A program made the translations under genes and the position numbers. Below, in pieces: positions 26,855-36,473 of a stretch of DNA of 53,288 bases; position 1 is the stretch's first letter; every line of letters begins with the position of its first letter. The notes under the pieces are model-generated. The model was not told the origin of the DNA. It made no database searches and saw only the letters and a list, made by a program, of their open reading frames with translations. The stretch comes from a virus (lineage: Duplodnaviria > Heunggongvirae > Uroviricota > Caudoviricetes). The stretch is from positions 1 to 53,288 of the IMG/VR virus record IMGVR_UViG_3300025133_006513; one strand, given 5' to 3'.

Positions 26855-27508
26855 ATGCTTCAAGAACGCTTCTATTTCTTTGTAGGTGCTGAAGCGGCTG
26901 CGGGTGGTGAAACTGCCACCCCCAGTCCTGCCGTGATTACTTTTACGGCTGTTGCACCTACACTAGACCTGAGCGTTAGCCCGAGTCCTGCTGTGATTGA
27001 CTTCACAGCGGTGGCTCCGGCACCCTCTATCAGCGTCACAGCAACAGCCGCAGCGATCGATTTCACCGCGGTGACGCCAACGGTCAGTGTAAGCGTGTCA
27101 CCGTCGCCAGCAGCTATTACATTCACCGCCGTATCGCCGACGCTTGCCGTCAGCGTGGCGCCCGCAGCTGCAGCAATTGACTTCGCAGCCGTAGTGCCTT
27201 CGTTGGGCCTCAGCGTAAGCCCCAGCCCTGCTGCGATCACGTTTACAGCAGGCACAGGAACCCCAGCACTCGGGGCCATTACGATACCCAGCCCGGCTGT
27301 GATCACGTTTACAGCAGTGACGCCGACCTTAGACCTCAGCGTAGCGACAAGCCCCGCAGTGATCGATTTCACGGCTGTGGCCCCATCTGTGGCGATTAGC
27401 GTTAGCCCGAGCCCCGCCGTGATCGATTTCGTACCGGTGGTTCCCTTAGCTAGCGCGGGCAGTATTGCGTTATACTGGCATCACCTGAACACCATGCACA
27501 CGAGATAA
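26855..27508 (+). CDS. Ala/Pro/Thr/Ser-rich repeat fibre protein (217 aa)
   Basis: Nine approximately 20-aa repeats, consensus SPAVI(T/D)FTAV.P...SVSP. Confidence 0.8.
   Translation: MLQERFYFFVGAEAAAGGETATPSPAVITFTAVAPTLDLSVSPSPAVIDFTAVAPAPSISVTATAAAIDFTAVTPTVSVSVSPSPAAITFTAVSPTLAVSVAPAAAAIDFAAVVPSLGLSVSPSPAAITFTAGTGTPALGAITIPSPAVITFTAVTPTLDLSVATSPAVIDFTAVAPSVAISVSPSPAVIDFVPVVPLASAGSIALYWHHLNTMHTR
26924..27454 (+). repeat. Degenerate 60-bp in-frame tandem repeat (9 units)
   Basis: Recurrent AGYCCYGCHGTGATY...TTCACDGC.GT units encoding the 20-aa repeat. Confidence 0.85.
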
Positions 27509-27510
27509 TT

Positions 27511-28104
27511 ATGGCCACAATCATCAGACAATCCACAGCGGCGGTAGTCCGCGTCGGTCCAGCCGTGAATAGCACGGATGGCGTTACGCCAATCACCACG
27601 CTGGCGTTAGCCGCTGCCGACCAGGCAGAGGTCTTGAAGGCTGCGGGTGCAGCTACTGTTGATATCAGTGGTGGTACTATGGCGGCGGTGGCGGGCGCAG
27701 ACGGGTGGTATGACCTAACCCTCACTGCGGCGTACACGAACACGATAGGCGATCTGTCGATCATTATCCAAGACGCGTCGCTGTGTTTACCAGTATTCGC
27801 TAAGTTCCAGGTTGTTGAAGAGACGGTGTACGACGCGTTGTATGCTGCTGGCGCTGTGGGCTACGGCGGGGTTGGTAGCGGAGCATCTGCCACGACCATC
27901 ATCTGCCAAGTCAGTGGGCTGCCGATCGACGGCGTGGAGGTCTGGATTACCACAGACGCTGCAGGTTTGAATGTTGTAGCGGGTACGCTGGTAAGCGATG
28001 CATTAGGCGAAGCAGACTTCATGTTGGATCCTGGTACGTACTACGCATGGCGACAGAAAAGCGGTTACAACTTCACTAACCCCACATCCATAACGGTGAG
28101 CTAA
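27511..28104 (+). CDS. Putative virion structural protein with a C-terminal Ig/transthyretin-like domain
   Basis: 197 aa; RQSTAAVVRVGP, GWYDLTLT and LDPGTYYAWRQKSGY. Confidence 0.7.
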   Translation: MATIIRQSTAAVVRVGPAVNSTDGVTPITTLALAAADQAEVLKAAGAATVDISGGTMAAVAGADGWYDLTLTAAYTNTIGDLSIIIQDASLCLPVFAKFQVVEETVYDALYAAGAVGYGGVGSGASATTIICQVSGLPIDGVEVWITTDAAGLNVVAGTLVSDALGEADFMLDPGTYYAWRQKSGYNFTNPTSITVS

Positions 28105-28105
28105 C

Positions 28106-29062
28106 ATGGCTGACATTACGATCAATGAAGGCGAATTGGCAACAGCTGACCTGTCACAAGCCGCGACAGATCAAAGTATGGATATCTGTGCGCCTGTGGT
28201 TAGTGAAGCGTTTGACGAGCAGCTGCTCTCTAAGAAGCGAGCATGCATGGTTCGCGAGGCTACAGTACCTACGCTGCAGATCACTATGCGGGACAAGGTA
28301 GGCAACGCACTCGACCTGACGCAGTATTCGATCGGCTCTGGGAGCTCAAGCTCTAGCTCGGGCTCGCTCGGCGGTACTGTGCAGATTCGCTTCCGTGAGG
28401 CTTCCCTGGTTGTCTCCACGACATATGCTGTGTCTGCGACCATTGTCGAGGCCACGGCAGGACTAGTCTCCTGCACCGTACCAACACAGGTAATGTCGCG
28501 TCCGGGAATCTGGTTCGCTGAAGCAGGGGCGCTGGACTCTGATGACAACCTGATGTTCACAGAAGAAGTATACCTCTGGGTTGAGCACTCGGCCTGGACA
28601 GCCAGTCCATCCAGTTACGTACACGGCCCGCCGGCGGTCGACGAACTGCGGCTCGCACTACGGGATAACAGCCCGTACGAGAACGAGCTCACAGAGGAGT
28701 ACGACTATGGCATCGTGGAGATGTGCCACGCTGCTATCCGTACGATCAACTACTGGAACGAGCAACCACCGATCATCGCGATCGCCCGGTACTCAACAAT
28801 TACCTTCCCGTTCCGGGAGATCTGGACACGGGGTACCAAGCTGTTCTTGTTCCAGATGGCAGAAGAACACTATCGGCGTAATCACTTCAAGCACAGCTCT
28901 GGCGGTGTGACCTCGGACGACAAGAACCGGCATCGCGAGTATAACGCGGCTGTGCGAGAGGAGTTCGCGCTCTTCCGTCAGTTGGTTATGCACCAGAAGG
29001 CCCGTATCAACGCAGGTCAATGCTTCTCCACCTTGGGCAGTGGTTACGGCTTTCAACAGTAA
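28106..29062 (+). CDS. Head-tail adaptor/neck protein with an N-terminal BppU-like Ig domain
   Basis: Ig-like N-half (GLVSCTVP, GIWFAEAG) then helical ELRLALRD...AIRTINYWNEQPP; first gene of the neck-tail block. Confidence 0.65.
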   Translation: MADITINEGELATADLSQAATDQSMDICAPVVSEAFDEQLLSKKRACMVREATVPTLQITMRDKVGNALDLTQYSIGSGSSSSSSGSLGGTVQIRFREASLVVSTTYAVSATIVEATAGLVSCTVPTQVMSRPGIWFAEAGALDSDDNLMFTEEVYLWVEHSAWTASPSSYVHGPPAVDELRLALRDNSPYENELTEEYDYGIVEMCHAAIRTINYWNEQPPIIAIARYSTITFPFREIWTRGTKLFLFQMAEEHYRRNHFKHSSGGVTSDDKNRHREYNAAVREEFALFRQLVMHQKARINAGQCFSTLGSGYGFQQ

Positions 29063-29074
29063 TAGGAGCCAATC

Positions 29075-29443
29075 ATGGCCACTAACGTAATTAACGTCAA
29101 TGTTACAGGGTCGGTAGCCAACGGCGTCACTGAGTCATTTTCGCCAGGAGCCGTGAAGATCGATCAAGATGCGATTGGTATGCACGGTACGTTGGTATCC
29201 GTGGGCTTTGCCGCTGAGGAAGATATGCCCGTCGGTGACGTTACCGTCATGGGGTGGCTCTTCCTGCTTAACATCGACGAAACTAACTACGTCACCTGGG
29301 GTCCGAAGTCTGGAACCATGGTGGCCTGTGGTCGTCTTGAGCCTGGAGAGCCTGCGTGCCTCAGAGTCGAGCCTGGCGTAACAATCAGATGGCAGGCTGA
29401 CACCGCTGATGTGCAAGTGAAAATGCTACTGCTCGAAGACTAA
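29075..29443 (+). CDS. Small beta-sandwich virion protein (122 aa)
   Basis: GGAG RBS; GWLFLLNIDETNYV and LEPGEPA. Confidence 0.7.
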   Translation: MATNVINVNVTGSVANGVTESFSPGAVKIDQDAIGMHGTLVSVGFAAEEDMPVGDVTVMGWLFLLNIDETNYVTWGPKSGTMVACGRLEPGEPACLRVEPGVTIRWQADTADVQVKMLLLED

Positions 29444-29465
29444 TCTTGTTCATGAGATCAAAATC
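29442..29465. promoter_or_regulatory. Palindromic operator-like motif, copy 3
   Basis: AATCTTGTTCATGAGATCAAAATC directly abutting ATG 29466; no SD. Confidence 0.65.
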
Positions 29466-30272
29466 ATGCCATTAACTCGCAGCACTGAAGCGTTTGAACG
29501 CATCTATGTCGACTACGCTGTGCCCGGCTCGGCCACGGTGACATGGGAGGTACGTAAGAGCCTTCTGGATACCCAGCCCTGGACATTCCAGTTGCAGGTT
29601 AATCGGGACGGTGGTGGCGAGACATGGTCTAACGTAGGTTCTGCGGTAGTCAACGCCTACACAGCGATTGATGACACGCAGCGGCAGTATGGTAAATCGC
29701 TTCGTCTGGGCTACCGGGTCGTCCTGACGACGCCCGAGGACACGTACACGAGCAATGAGGCCCAGGTGCTTGGCAAGCTGTCCAAGCGTCAGTGGTTACA
29801 GGCACGTGCTATTCGCCGTAGAGCTACCCTAGAGGCACGCGGGCTCACCAGTTTGCCTGGGTATCTGATGAAGCGTAAGTTGTACGGGACGGCCTGTACG
29901 GTCTGCATAGACCCTATCACCAAGGGTATCCTCAACTCCGACTGTACGACATGCAACGGTACAGGCATGACAGACGGGTACTGGACCGCCGTCCAAGATA
30001 CCATGATCGATATTCAGCCCGAGGGTAACGACACCAAGCGTAGCCAGACGGGTACTGTCAATGATATCGGTTTGATGGCTAAGTTCGTCGCACCGCCTAT
30101 GATGCACAGGAACGACATCTGGATCGATGCGAATAGCGATCGTCGTTATGTCGTGCATGCTGTGAAGAGTCTCGCTGAAGTCAACCGTGTACCTGTCGTT
30201 ATCGCCGCCGAGCTACGGCTGGCTGAGTTCAATGACGTCATCTACACTATAGACCCCACTGAGGGCAGCTAA
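29466..30272 (+). CDS. Head closure/neck protein with a zinc-binding insertion
   Basis: CTVC...CTTCNGTG; C-terminal IWIDANSDRRYVVHAV beta-barrel typical of head-closure proteins; synteny. Confidence 0.7.
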   Translation: MPLTRSTEAFERIYVDYAVPGSATVTWEVRKSLLDTQPWTFQLQVNRDGGGETWSNVGSAVVNAYTAIDDTQRQYGKSLRLGYRVVLTTPEDTYTSNEAQVLGKLSKRQWLQARAIRRRATLEARGLTSLPGYLMKRKLYGTACTVCIDPITKGILNSDCTTCNGTGMTDGYWTAVQDTMIDIQPEGNDTKRSQTGTVNDIGLMAKFVAPPMMHRNDIWIDANSDRRYVVHAVKSLAEVNRVPVVIAAELRLAEFNDVIYTIDPTEGS

Positions 30273-30445
30273 TGACTGAGCAAAGTAAGTTACAAGAGAA
30301 GAAGCAGGAGGTGGAGCACCCTTTTCTGGAAAAGATCAGTATCCATGAGTGGATACCTGATGTGGAGGTGTTCGAGAGCATCGATCGATTCATGGAGGCT
30401 GTCGGTAAGGATAAGGGTCCAGAACAGTGGCACAAGAAAAAGTAG
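30272..30445 (+). CDS. Small hypothetical protein (57 aa), absent from the ORF track
   Basis: TAATG coupling at 30270-30274; MTEQSKLQEKKQEVEHPFLEKISIHEWIPDVEVFESIDRFMEAVGKDKGPEQWHKKK; fills the gap exactly. Confidence 0.65.
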   Translation: MTEQSKLQEKKQEVEHPFLEKISIHEWIPDVEVFESIDRFMEAVGKDKGPEQWHKKK

Positions 30446-30454
30446 GGCTAACTG

Positions 30455-31114
30455 ATGACTGAAGACAGAACATTCCAAGAAAGCAACCTGTGCTCGCTCG
30501 GGCCACGACCCCAGATCATGACTGGGCTGTTTATCACAGAGCTGCGCAAGCACTTCTCCTCAGCAGACAACATTGAGCACGATGTATTTCGTGAGCGATT
30601 GTTCACCCAAACTACAGCTACAGCTACCACAGCGTCGGACACAACAGGCATCCTGATCGAAGACGCTACTGTCTGGACACCCACACGCACCCAGAACCGT
30701 CCGGCCATCGTGGTGAAGCGAAACGCCTGGAAGCACTTGAAACGACTCACAATGGCCAACTCAGGTGTCGACAGCGATGGTAACACCCAGCACGTGAAAT
30801 TCTGGCGTGGAAGTCATACAATGTTCTGTATAGCCCCAAACGGCGGGGAAGCGGAAACATTAGCAGCAGAGACGTACCGCTTCCTGATGCATTGGGGTCC
30901 GTTTATGCGGAAGTACTTCTCGCTGCTGCTGTTCGAGTTAGTCGACGTTGGACCGGTAACTATAGTAAAAGAAGCGTCAAACCATTACGCTGTACCGATC
31001 ACGGTGGCGTATGGTTGGAGTGAGCAGTGGACTATTCGTAAGCACGTTCCTCCGCTTGAGGATCTACGACTATCCCAGCTCTTCCAGACATACAGAGACG
31101 CTGAGGACACTTAA
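30455..31114 (+). CDS. Tail terminator/tail completion protein
   Basis: 219 aa directly before the sheath; RPAIVVKR...GSHTMFC...EAETLA pattern. Confidence 0.65.
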   Translation: MTEDRTFQESNLCSLGPRPQIMTGLFITELRKHFSSADNIEHDVFRERLFTQTTATATTASDTTGILIEDATVWTPTRTQNRPAIVVKRNAWKHLKRLTMANSGVDSDGNTQHVKFWRGSHTMFCIAPNGGEAETLAAETYRFLMHWGPFMRKYFSLLLFELVDVGPVTIVKEASNHYAVPITVAYGWSEQWTIRKHVPPLEDLRLSQLFQTYRDAEDT

Positions 31115-31125
31115 AGGAGAGATAC

Positions 31126-33033
31126 ATGTCTTTTGTCTTCACTCATGAGCAAGTCATGAGAGAGGGGCACACGTTTGGCGTAAACGTACTAGCTTCACAA
31201 CGCGTTGTCATTGTCGGCGAGAATGCCCAAACCTTCAGCCACGAACCTGTCGGTACATATACCGGGGGTGCTGCTGCATATCCGTACCCGCAGCTGCCTG
31301 ATGACGCTATCGTTGACACACGCGGGGCCAGCGTCACAGCAACAAACGTCTTGCTCAGATACGCCCAAGCTGAGGCATCGCCCGTGGCTGCAACCCAGCC
31401 GAACCACCTAGGTGTTAAAACTGAGGTGGCAGGTGCCCGTGGGTTCCGCGTAGGTGATATTGTCAAACTGCCGGGGCGTAGTGCTGAGATCATGGCAGTC
31501 ATGCCTGGCGATGATGGGTTCTCTACGCTGGTGCTGAGTCGCAATATCCCTGTGGATTGCCGGGAAGCCGCTGTGTTTGATGTAGACTTCTGTCTGCTGA
31601 TAAACAATGTGTCGCTACCGCAGGCCTCCTGTACCAAAGAGCGATTCACGATACCTCGCGATCTGCGATTGCTGACATCAGCGTGGGCCCCCGACAATAA
31701 ACCGATCGCTCTGCCTGTTATCGAGGCTGACATCGCGATCACCTACAAAATCTGGTACAGTACCGACGCTGCCGCTGTTAAGACGATCCACTGCGATGAG
31801 GATCTCCAGGCTATCCGCGGAGATGTCGTCAGCGAGAATGATCTGAAAATGGCTACGTCGTTGGCTTTCCTCAACGCTGGCGGACGCCCTGTCTCCTACA
31901 TCGCAGTGCCCGAGCCCTTGGCCACACAATCATGGATTGCCGCTCTCAACCGTATAGATGATGGCTACAGCATTGTGCCGTGCACGACAGACCCCGAGGT
32001 CCTCACTGCAGTCACTGACTTCGTGGATCAACGGTCCAAACCAGAAGTCGGCCGAGAGTGTGTGGCGTGGTTCTCGCTGGCGACCCCCAACAGGCGTGTG
32101 ATTGCAGATGCCAGCAACAGCGTCGATTTCGAGCCGTTGGCTGGGGAATTGGTTAGCACAGGTGGCGGTGCTGTAGTCGAGGTGCCTGCGGGAAATGCCC
32201 GATTCATGTCGCTGGGAGTGGAAAAAGGCGACATATTACACGTACATGGCGCCGACGAGTACGTAATTGAGGAAGTCGTTAACGACGACAGCATACGCCT
32301 ACAGGGCGATCAATTTGACCATACAGGCCCCGTGGCTATCCACATATGGCGAAGATTGGATGCTGACGGTGTAGCCACAGCAATCGCAGATAAGGCAGCC
32401 TCCTACAGGAATAAACGTATCAGAGCAGTATGGCCAAACACGCTGACGGTCAACTATGACGACGACAGGTACGCTGGCGGCTGGTGCTTATGTGCAGCGT
32501 TGGCTGGGCTACGATCGGGCTGCGTGCCCCACCGGGACCTAACGGGTGTTCAATTGCTGGGTATCTCGCATATCCCAGCTTCCCCTCGCCTAGATAGCGA
32601 TCAATTGGATATGATGGCTGAATGCGGGGTGTGGGTCGTGGAACAGCAGGGTGATAACATCATCACACGGCGTGCCATCACTACTGCCGGATTGACCGAT
32701 CCCGGTTCGCGTGCTGAGGCAATTGTCACGAATCTTGACTCGATTAACAGGGGATTACGCGACTCCCTGCGGAAAGCAATGCAAACTGTGGCAATTACGG
32801 GTCGGTTCCAAGCCCGCGTTGCTGGTAAACTACGGAAGACGATGGAGGGATTAATTGGACGCAAGGCTACCTCCATTGGTGCTCAACTGATAGCAGGAGA
32901 TATCGAGGTGATGCGTCGACACGTATTCCTCGAAGGTAGTTTGGTTTTGAATGTAAAACTCACGATCCCGACCGGTTTCGGAAGTGATCGGAGCACCCCC
33001 ACGATAGATGTACATCAGACGGTGATCGCATAA
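31126..33033 (+). CDS. Contractile tail sheath protein (divergent)
   Basis: AAAGGAG RBS; 635 aa before the tube; CAALAGLRSG.VPHRDLT, LDMMAECGVWVV and ITRRAITT resemble the sheath C-terminal domain. Confidence 0.75.
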   Translation: MSFVFTHEQVMREGHTFGVNVLASQRVVIVGENAQTFSHEPVGTYTGGAAAYPYPQLPDDAIVDTRGASVTATNVLLRYAQAEASPVAATQPNHLGVKTEVAGARGFRVGDIVKLPGRSAEIMAVMPGDDGFSTLVLSRNIPVDCREAAVFDVDFCLLINNVSLPQASCTKERFTIPRDLRLLTSAWAPDNKPIALPVIEADIAITYKIWYSTDAAAVKTIHCDEDLQAIRGDVVSENDLKMATSLAFLNAGGRPVSYIAVPEPLATQSWIAALNRIDDGYSIVPCTTDPEVLTAVTDFVDQRSKPEVGRECVAWFSLATPNRRVIADASNSVDFEPLAGELVSTGGGAVVEVPAGNARFMSLGVEKGDILHVHGADEYVIEEVVNDDSIRLQGDQFDHTGPVAIHIWRRLDADGVATAIADKAASYRNKRIRAVWPNTLTVNYDDDRYAGGWCLCAALAGLRSGCVPHRDLTGVQLLGISHIPASPRLDSDQLDMMAECGVWVVEQQGDNIITRRAITTAGLTDPGSRAEAIVTNLDSINRGLRDSLRKAMQTVAITGRFQARVAGKLRKTMEGLIGRKATSIGAQLIAGDIEVMRRHVFLEGSLVLNVKLTIPTGFGSDRSTPTIDVHQTVIA

Positions 33034-33106
33034 GGTGCCGGCCGGCAACGGTATAAAGCCAAGACCACAGGGAAGTGGCAGTCCTTGTTTTATAAGGAGG
33101 TAGTTC

Positions 33107-33571
33107 ATGGCTACCGACATTTTTTCAAATACCGTAACGTATGGTGGTGCTTTCGCCGCGGATGGTGCCTCCATTACGTTCGACTCCAAGTACACTGGAC
33201 TCCTCGTCCAACAACTACAGTGGGGGTACATGCAGAACATTAGTCGTCTGTATGATGTGACCTCAACTGACATCGTGCTTGTGAGTGGACGAACTCAAGG
33301 CCAAGGAAGTATGGCCCGTGTTATGGGACCGTCAGCACTTACTGCTGCGTTCTTCACGAAATATGGTAATGTCTGTTACGCCGATACCAACACCCTCACC
33401 GTTGACGCTGAGGTTGAGTGTGGTCAGGGCGGAGGCAATGACTCCGTGACCTTGGTTATGAATGGTGTTGTGCTTAACAGCTACGGCGGTGCCATTTCGT
33501 CCCAAGACATGGTCGTTAACGAACAAATTGGCTTCCTCTTCCTGTGGATGACGTACACACTCACCACGTAA
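33107..33571 (+). CDS. Tail tube protein
   Basis: AAGGAGGT RBS; 154 aa after the sheath; QQLQWGYMQNISRLYDV...GRTQGQGSMARVMG. Confidence 0.8.
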   Translation: MATDIFSNTVTYGGAFAADGASITFDSKYTGLLVQQLQWGYMQNISRLYDVTSTDIVLVSGRTQGQGSMARVMGPSALTAAFFTKYGNVCYADTNTLTVDAEVECGQGGGNDSVTLVMNGVVLNSYGGAISSQDMVVNEQIGFLFLWMTYTLTT

Positions 33572-33636
33572 TGGTGGTGGCGTGGTATTGGAGGCTTGTC
33601 CTCTAGGGCCCTGGAGCCCATAACCGGACCACAAAC

Positions 33637-36465
33637 ATGTCAATTTTAGACTTACTTGCCCAAGGGCTTGAAAATGTAGGGCGGCTTGGCCAGTCCGTGG
33701 ATTGGTTTGCGCGCATGTGCCCAAACCTAGACGGGGATCAGACGCACGTCTCAGATCCTGGCGGGGCTATGCTCAGCGCCCAGACAGACCTGGCCCAGGC
33801 ACCACAGTGGGAGTTCGGCTTTGTTGTCGATGCTCTCCCTCTCGTACGTTGCTATCGCGTACAGCCTGATGGCGGTGGCCCAACCATCGACTGCGCTAAG
33901 AGTGTTAGTGGTGGTGTCAGCCCTATCGGTGTTTACGATGCCGACACGCTGACAGTCGGCTCGGGCGTGTACTTCATCCGCTCGGCCACCGCTGCATCTG
34001 GCGTCATCATTGCGTGCGCACCTGGATTTATGTGGGATCCTGCTAAGTGCCTTGGCGATGCGATCAGCCAAGGCTCGAACACAGGCCTGCATACTGAGAC
34101 AGGTTTCCATGAACCATTTAACCTCGGTGGTACTCAAGGGACCATGAGCCTCAATGGCGGTATCACCGACTGGTCTGGACGCACACCTTTCGACAGTCTC
34201 GAGATCGGGGAGTTCAACCGCTCGAGCGAGCTGGGTACCATGATTCACCTGGACTCGTACATGGGCTTCCTCCGTGCTGACGAGTACACGGGCATCTGGT
34301 GCTTCTACTGGGACGGGTTATGCCGTATCGCCGGGCAGCAGTTCCAGGAGTGGGCTGGGCCTACAGAACGAGAAGTCTACGACGATGAAGGCGAGACGAT
34401 GTACTATCACGGCATCGCAACGTATCCGTGGGAGCACTCGGGTATGCTCACCGGGCCGTACGATGTGCACTCTGAGCAATCAGCTGATTTCAGCCAAAAC
34501 ACCAGTCCGCACTACGGGCGTATCGAGCCGACTTATGATGACCTGCAGCCCTTCCATCGCTTCCGCACGTATGGCGGGTACTTAGGTCAGGCCCAGAAGC
34601 AGATAGTCTGTGCGCCTGTGATAACGCTGAGTGGCGGCGGGCAGATGGAAGACGAGCACCGGTACACAGATACTGATTACAGGCCGATCGGGCTGTATGA
34701 GTCACAGATCAACATGTCAGGGCACTGGGGTATCAGGTCTGCTCTGGGCTTCACTATCGCTAAGCGTCCCATTATCCCTGTACCTAAACGCATCAAACGC
34801 GTACAGGATGCAGACGGGGACACCCCTACTAACTACAAAGCATCTGATCAGTTCGGCAGCGGTTCCTCCCACCTTGTCGACGCGACTCCGGCCATCGGCG
34901 GTACTGTCTCCGATGACGAGAAGGCGTTGTACCGCAACTGCGTGATGCAGGATCTACATGCGCACCTGTTTAACTGGGAGGGTGCAAATGCGTTCCATTA
35001 CCATGAGTATGATTACTACTACCCCGAGGAAAGCCAATACGACCACGTAAGCTACAATCAAGAGATCCCCACTTGGTCAGACCTGAATAGTCAGTACCAA
35101 TGGTACCTGGACGTACCTACAAGCGACACGCTCATGTTTGACCATCGCACAGGCGGTAGCGTCGAGGCGTATCGCAATACCGCATATTTCACCATCACAG
35201 ATGAAGGTGGTGTATGTATTGGCGATGGCTGGGGCTCTGAGATCCGCATGACAGGCGGTAATATCTTCCTAGAGTGTGCTGGCGACGTGTTCGCGGCACC
35301 GGGGCGTAACTTCATCGCCTGGGGTGGTCGTGACATCTGCCTGCGAGCTTGGAACTCTGTGGATATCTCAGCCAGCGAGAAAGATGTTCGCATCAAAGCT
35401 GAGGAAAACCTGAACATGCTCGGCGGTAATGGTGAAGGCCCCTTCGGCGTCTTCATCGAAAGCCGAGGACATGCTGACACGCTCGCCGTTGGTTACGGCG
35501 AAGGTCCCGGTAAATCGAAATACGCGTGGGCGTATGTTGGCGAGGATGCGGAACACACAGGTATCGTATTCAAGGCTAAGAACTCAGAGATTGTTACTTG
35601 GGCTCGTAACATTTACATGATGACTAAGATGGACACGGCGGCACTCGCGCAAGGCCCGCCATCATCAGGCCCAAGCTCATGTTTTGCCACACAACCCAAA
35701 GAAGGAGACATCGTTCTCGACACCAAGGGTAAGGGTGATATTGTCACACGCAGCCAGTACGTTAAGCACTGGGTGCAATGTGCAGTCATGCACGCGTGGC
35801 CTCAAACAGCAAACACGCGACAGGTTAACTTCTTCACCGAGGCAGGGGCTACACTCTGTCGTGACGTCTATGTCGATGGGGATATCCTGAACTACGGGTC
35901 ACACCTGGTCAAAGATAACGTGCTTGTGGGTACTGGGCACTTCTACTCGGGAAGTGGTGGTCTTGTTACCAAGGCTGACCCAACCACAGTAACGGCTGCT
36001 ATCAACAAGGGCCACAATTACGAAGCCACGCTACGCACATGGAGCTCAGGGCGGTGGGCAATCGATCTCCAGGATATGTGGTACGATTCCAACAGACCTG
36101 GAAACCCTGCTGTGGTCGCTAGTGCTTGGTTTGATATGCGGATAGAAGGTGACTACGGGTCGTCAGGATTTACGCTCTGGGAGGCACGCTGGGCACAGAT
36201 GGCCCGGCAAAATGGTGATACAATAAATCAGTGGAGTGAGAATCTAGTAGAGAGCAACAAGGCAGCTTGGGATACCTATCCGTTCCCTGGCAAGGACCCA
36301 TTGGTTACTGCTTCAAGGTTTAAGCGGGTGAACCTGTCGCTTACAAGCACAGCAAGCGATTTGTACGCTACAGACCGCGGGTCGGACTACGAGTCTCCAT
36401 GCACACTGAACGCACAACTAACTGATGTTTCAATTGACGGTAACTATTACCACATTGGCAATTAA
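33637..36465 (+). CDS. Baseplate central spike (gp5/VgrG-like: OB fold plus beta-helix)
   Basis: N-terminal GFVVDAL...YRVQ...GSGVYF OB-like region; C-terminal short beta repeats (GSEIRMTGGNIFLECAGDV...RDICLRAWNSVDISA..DVRIKAEENL). Confidence 0.7.
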   Translation: MSILDLLAQGLENVGRLGQSVDWFARMCPNLDGDQTHVSDPGGAMLSAQTDLAQAPQWEFGFVVDALPLVRCYRVQPDGGGPTIDCAKSVSGGVSPIGVYDADTLTVGSGVYFIRSATAASGVIIACAPGFMWDPAKCLGDAISQGSNTGLHTETGFHEPFNLGGTQGTMSLNGGITDWSGRTPFDSLEIGEFNRSSELGTMIHLDSYMGFLRADEYTGIWCFYWDGLCRIAGQQFQEWAGPTEREVYDDEGETMYYHGIATYPWEHSGMLTGPYDVHSEQSADFSQNTSPHYGRIEPTYDDLQPFHRFRTYGGYLGQAQKQIVCAPVITLSGGGQMEDEHRYTDTDYRPIGLYESQINMSGHWGIRSALGFTIAKRPIIPVPKRIKRVQDADGDTPTNYKASDQFGSGSSHLVDATPAIGGTVSDDEKALYRNCVMQDLHAHLFNWEGANAFHYHEYDYYYPEESQYDHVSYNQEIPTWSDLNSQYQWYLDVPTSDTLMFDHRTGGSVEAYRNTAYFTITDEGGVCIGDGWGSEIRMTGGNIFLECAGDVFAAPGRNFIAWGGRDICLRAWNSVDISASEKDVRIKAEENLNMLGGNGEGPFGVFIESRGHADTLAVGYGEGPGKSKYAWAYVGEDAEHTGIVFKAKNSEIVTWARNIYMMTKMDTAALAQGPPSSGPSSCFATQPKEGDIVLDTKGKGDIVTRSQYVKHWVQCAVMHAWPQTANTRQVNFFTEAGATLCRDVYVDGDILNYGSHLVKDNVLVGTGHFYSGSGGLVTKADPTTVTAAINKGHNYEATLRTWSSGRWAIDLQDMWYDSNRPGNPAVVASAWFDMRIEGDYGSSGFTLWEARWAQMARQNGDTINQWSENLVESNKAAWDTYPFPGKDPLVTASRFKRVNLSLTSTASDLYATDRGSDYESPCTLNAQLTDVSIDGNYYHIGN

Positions 36466-36473
36466 GGAGTGAA

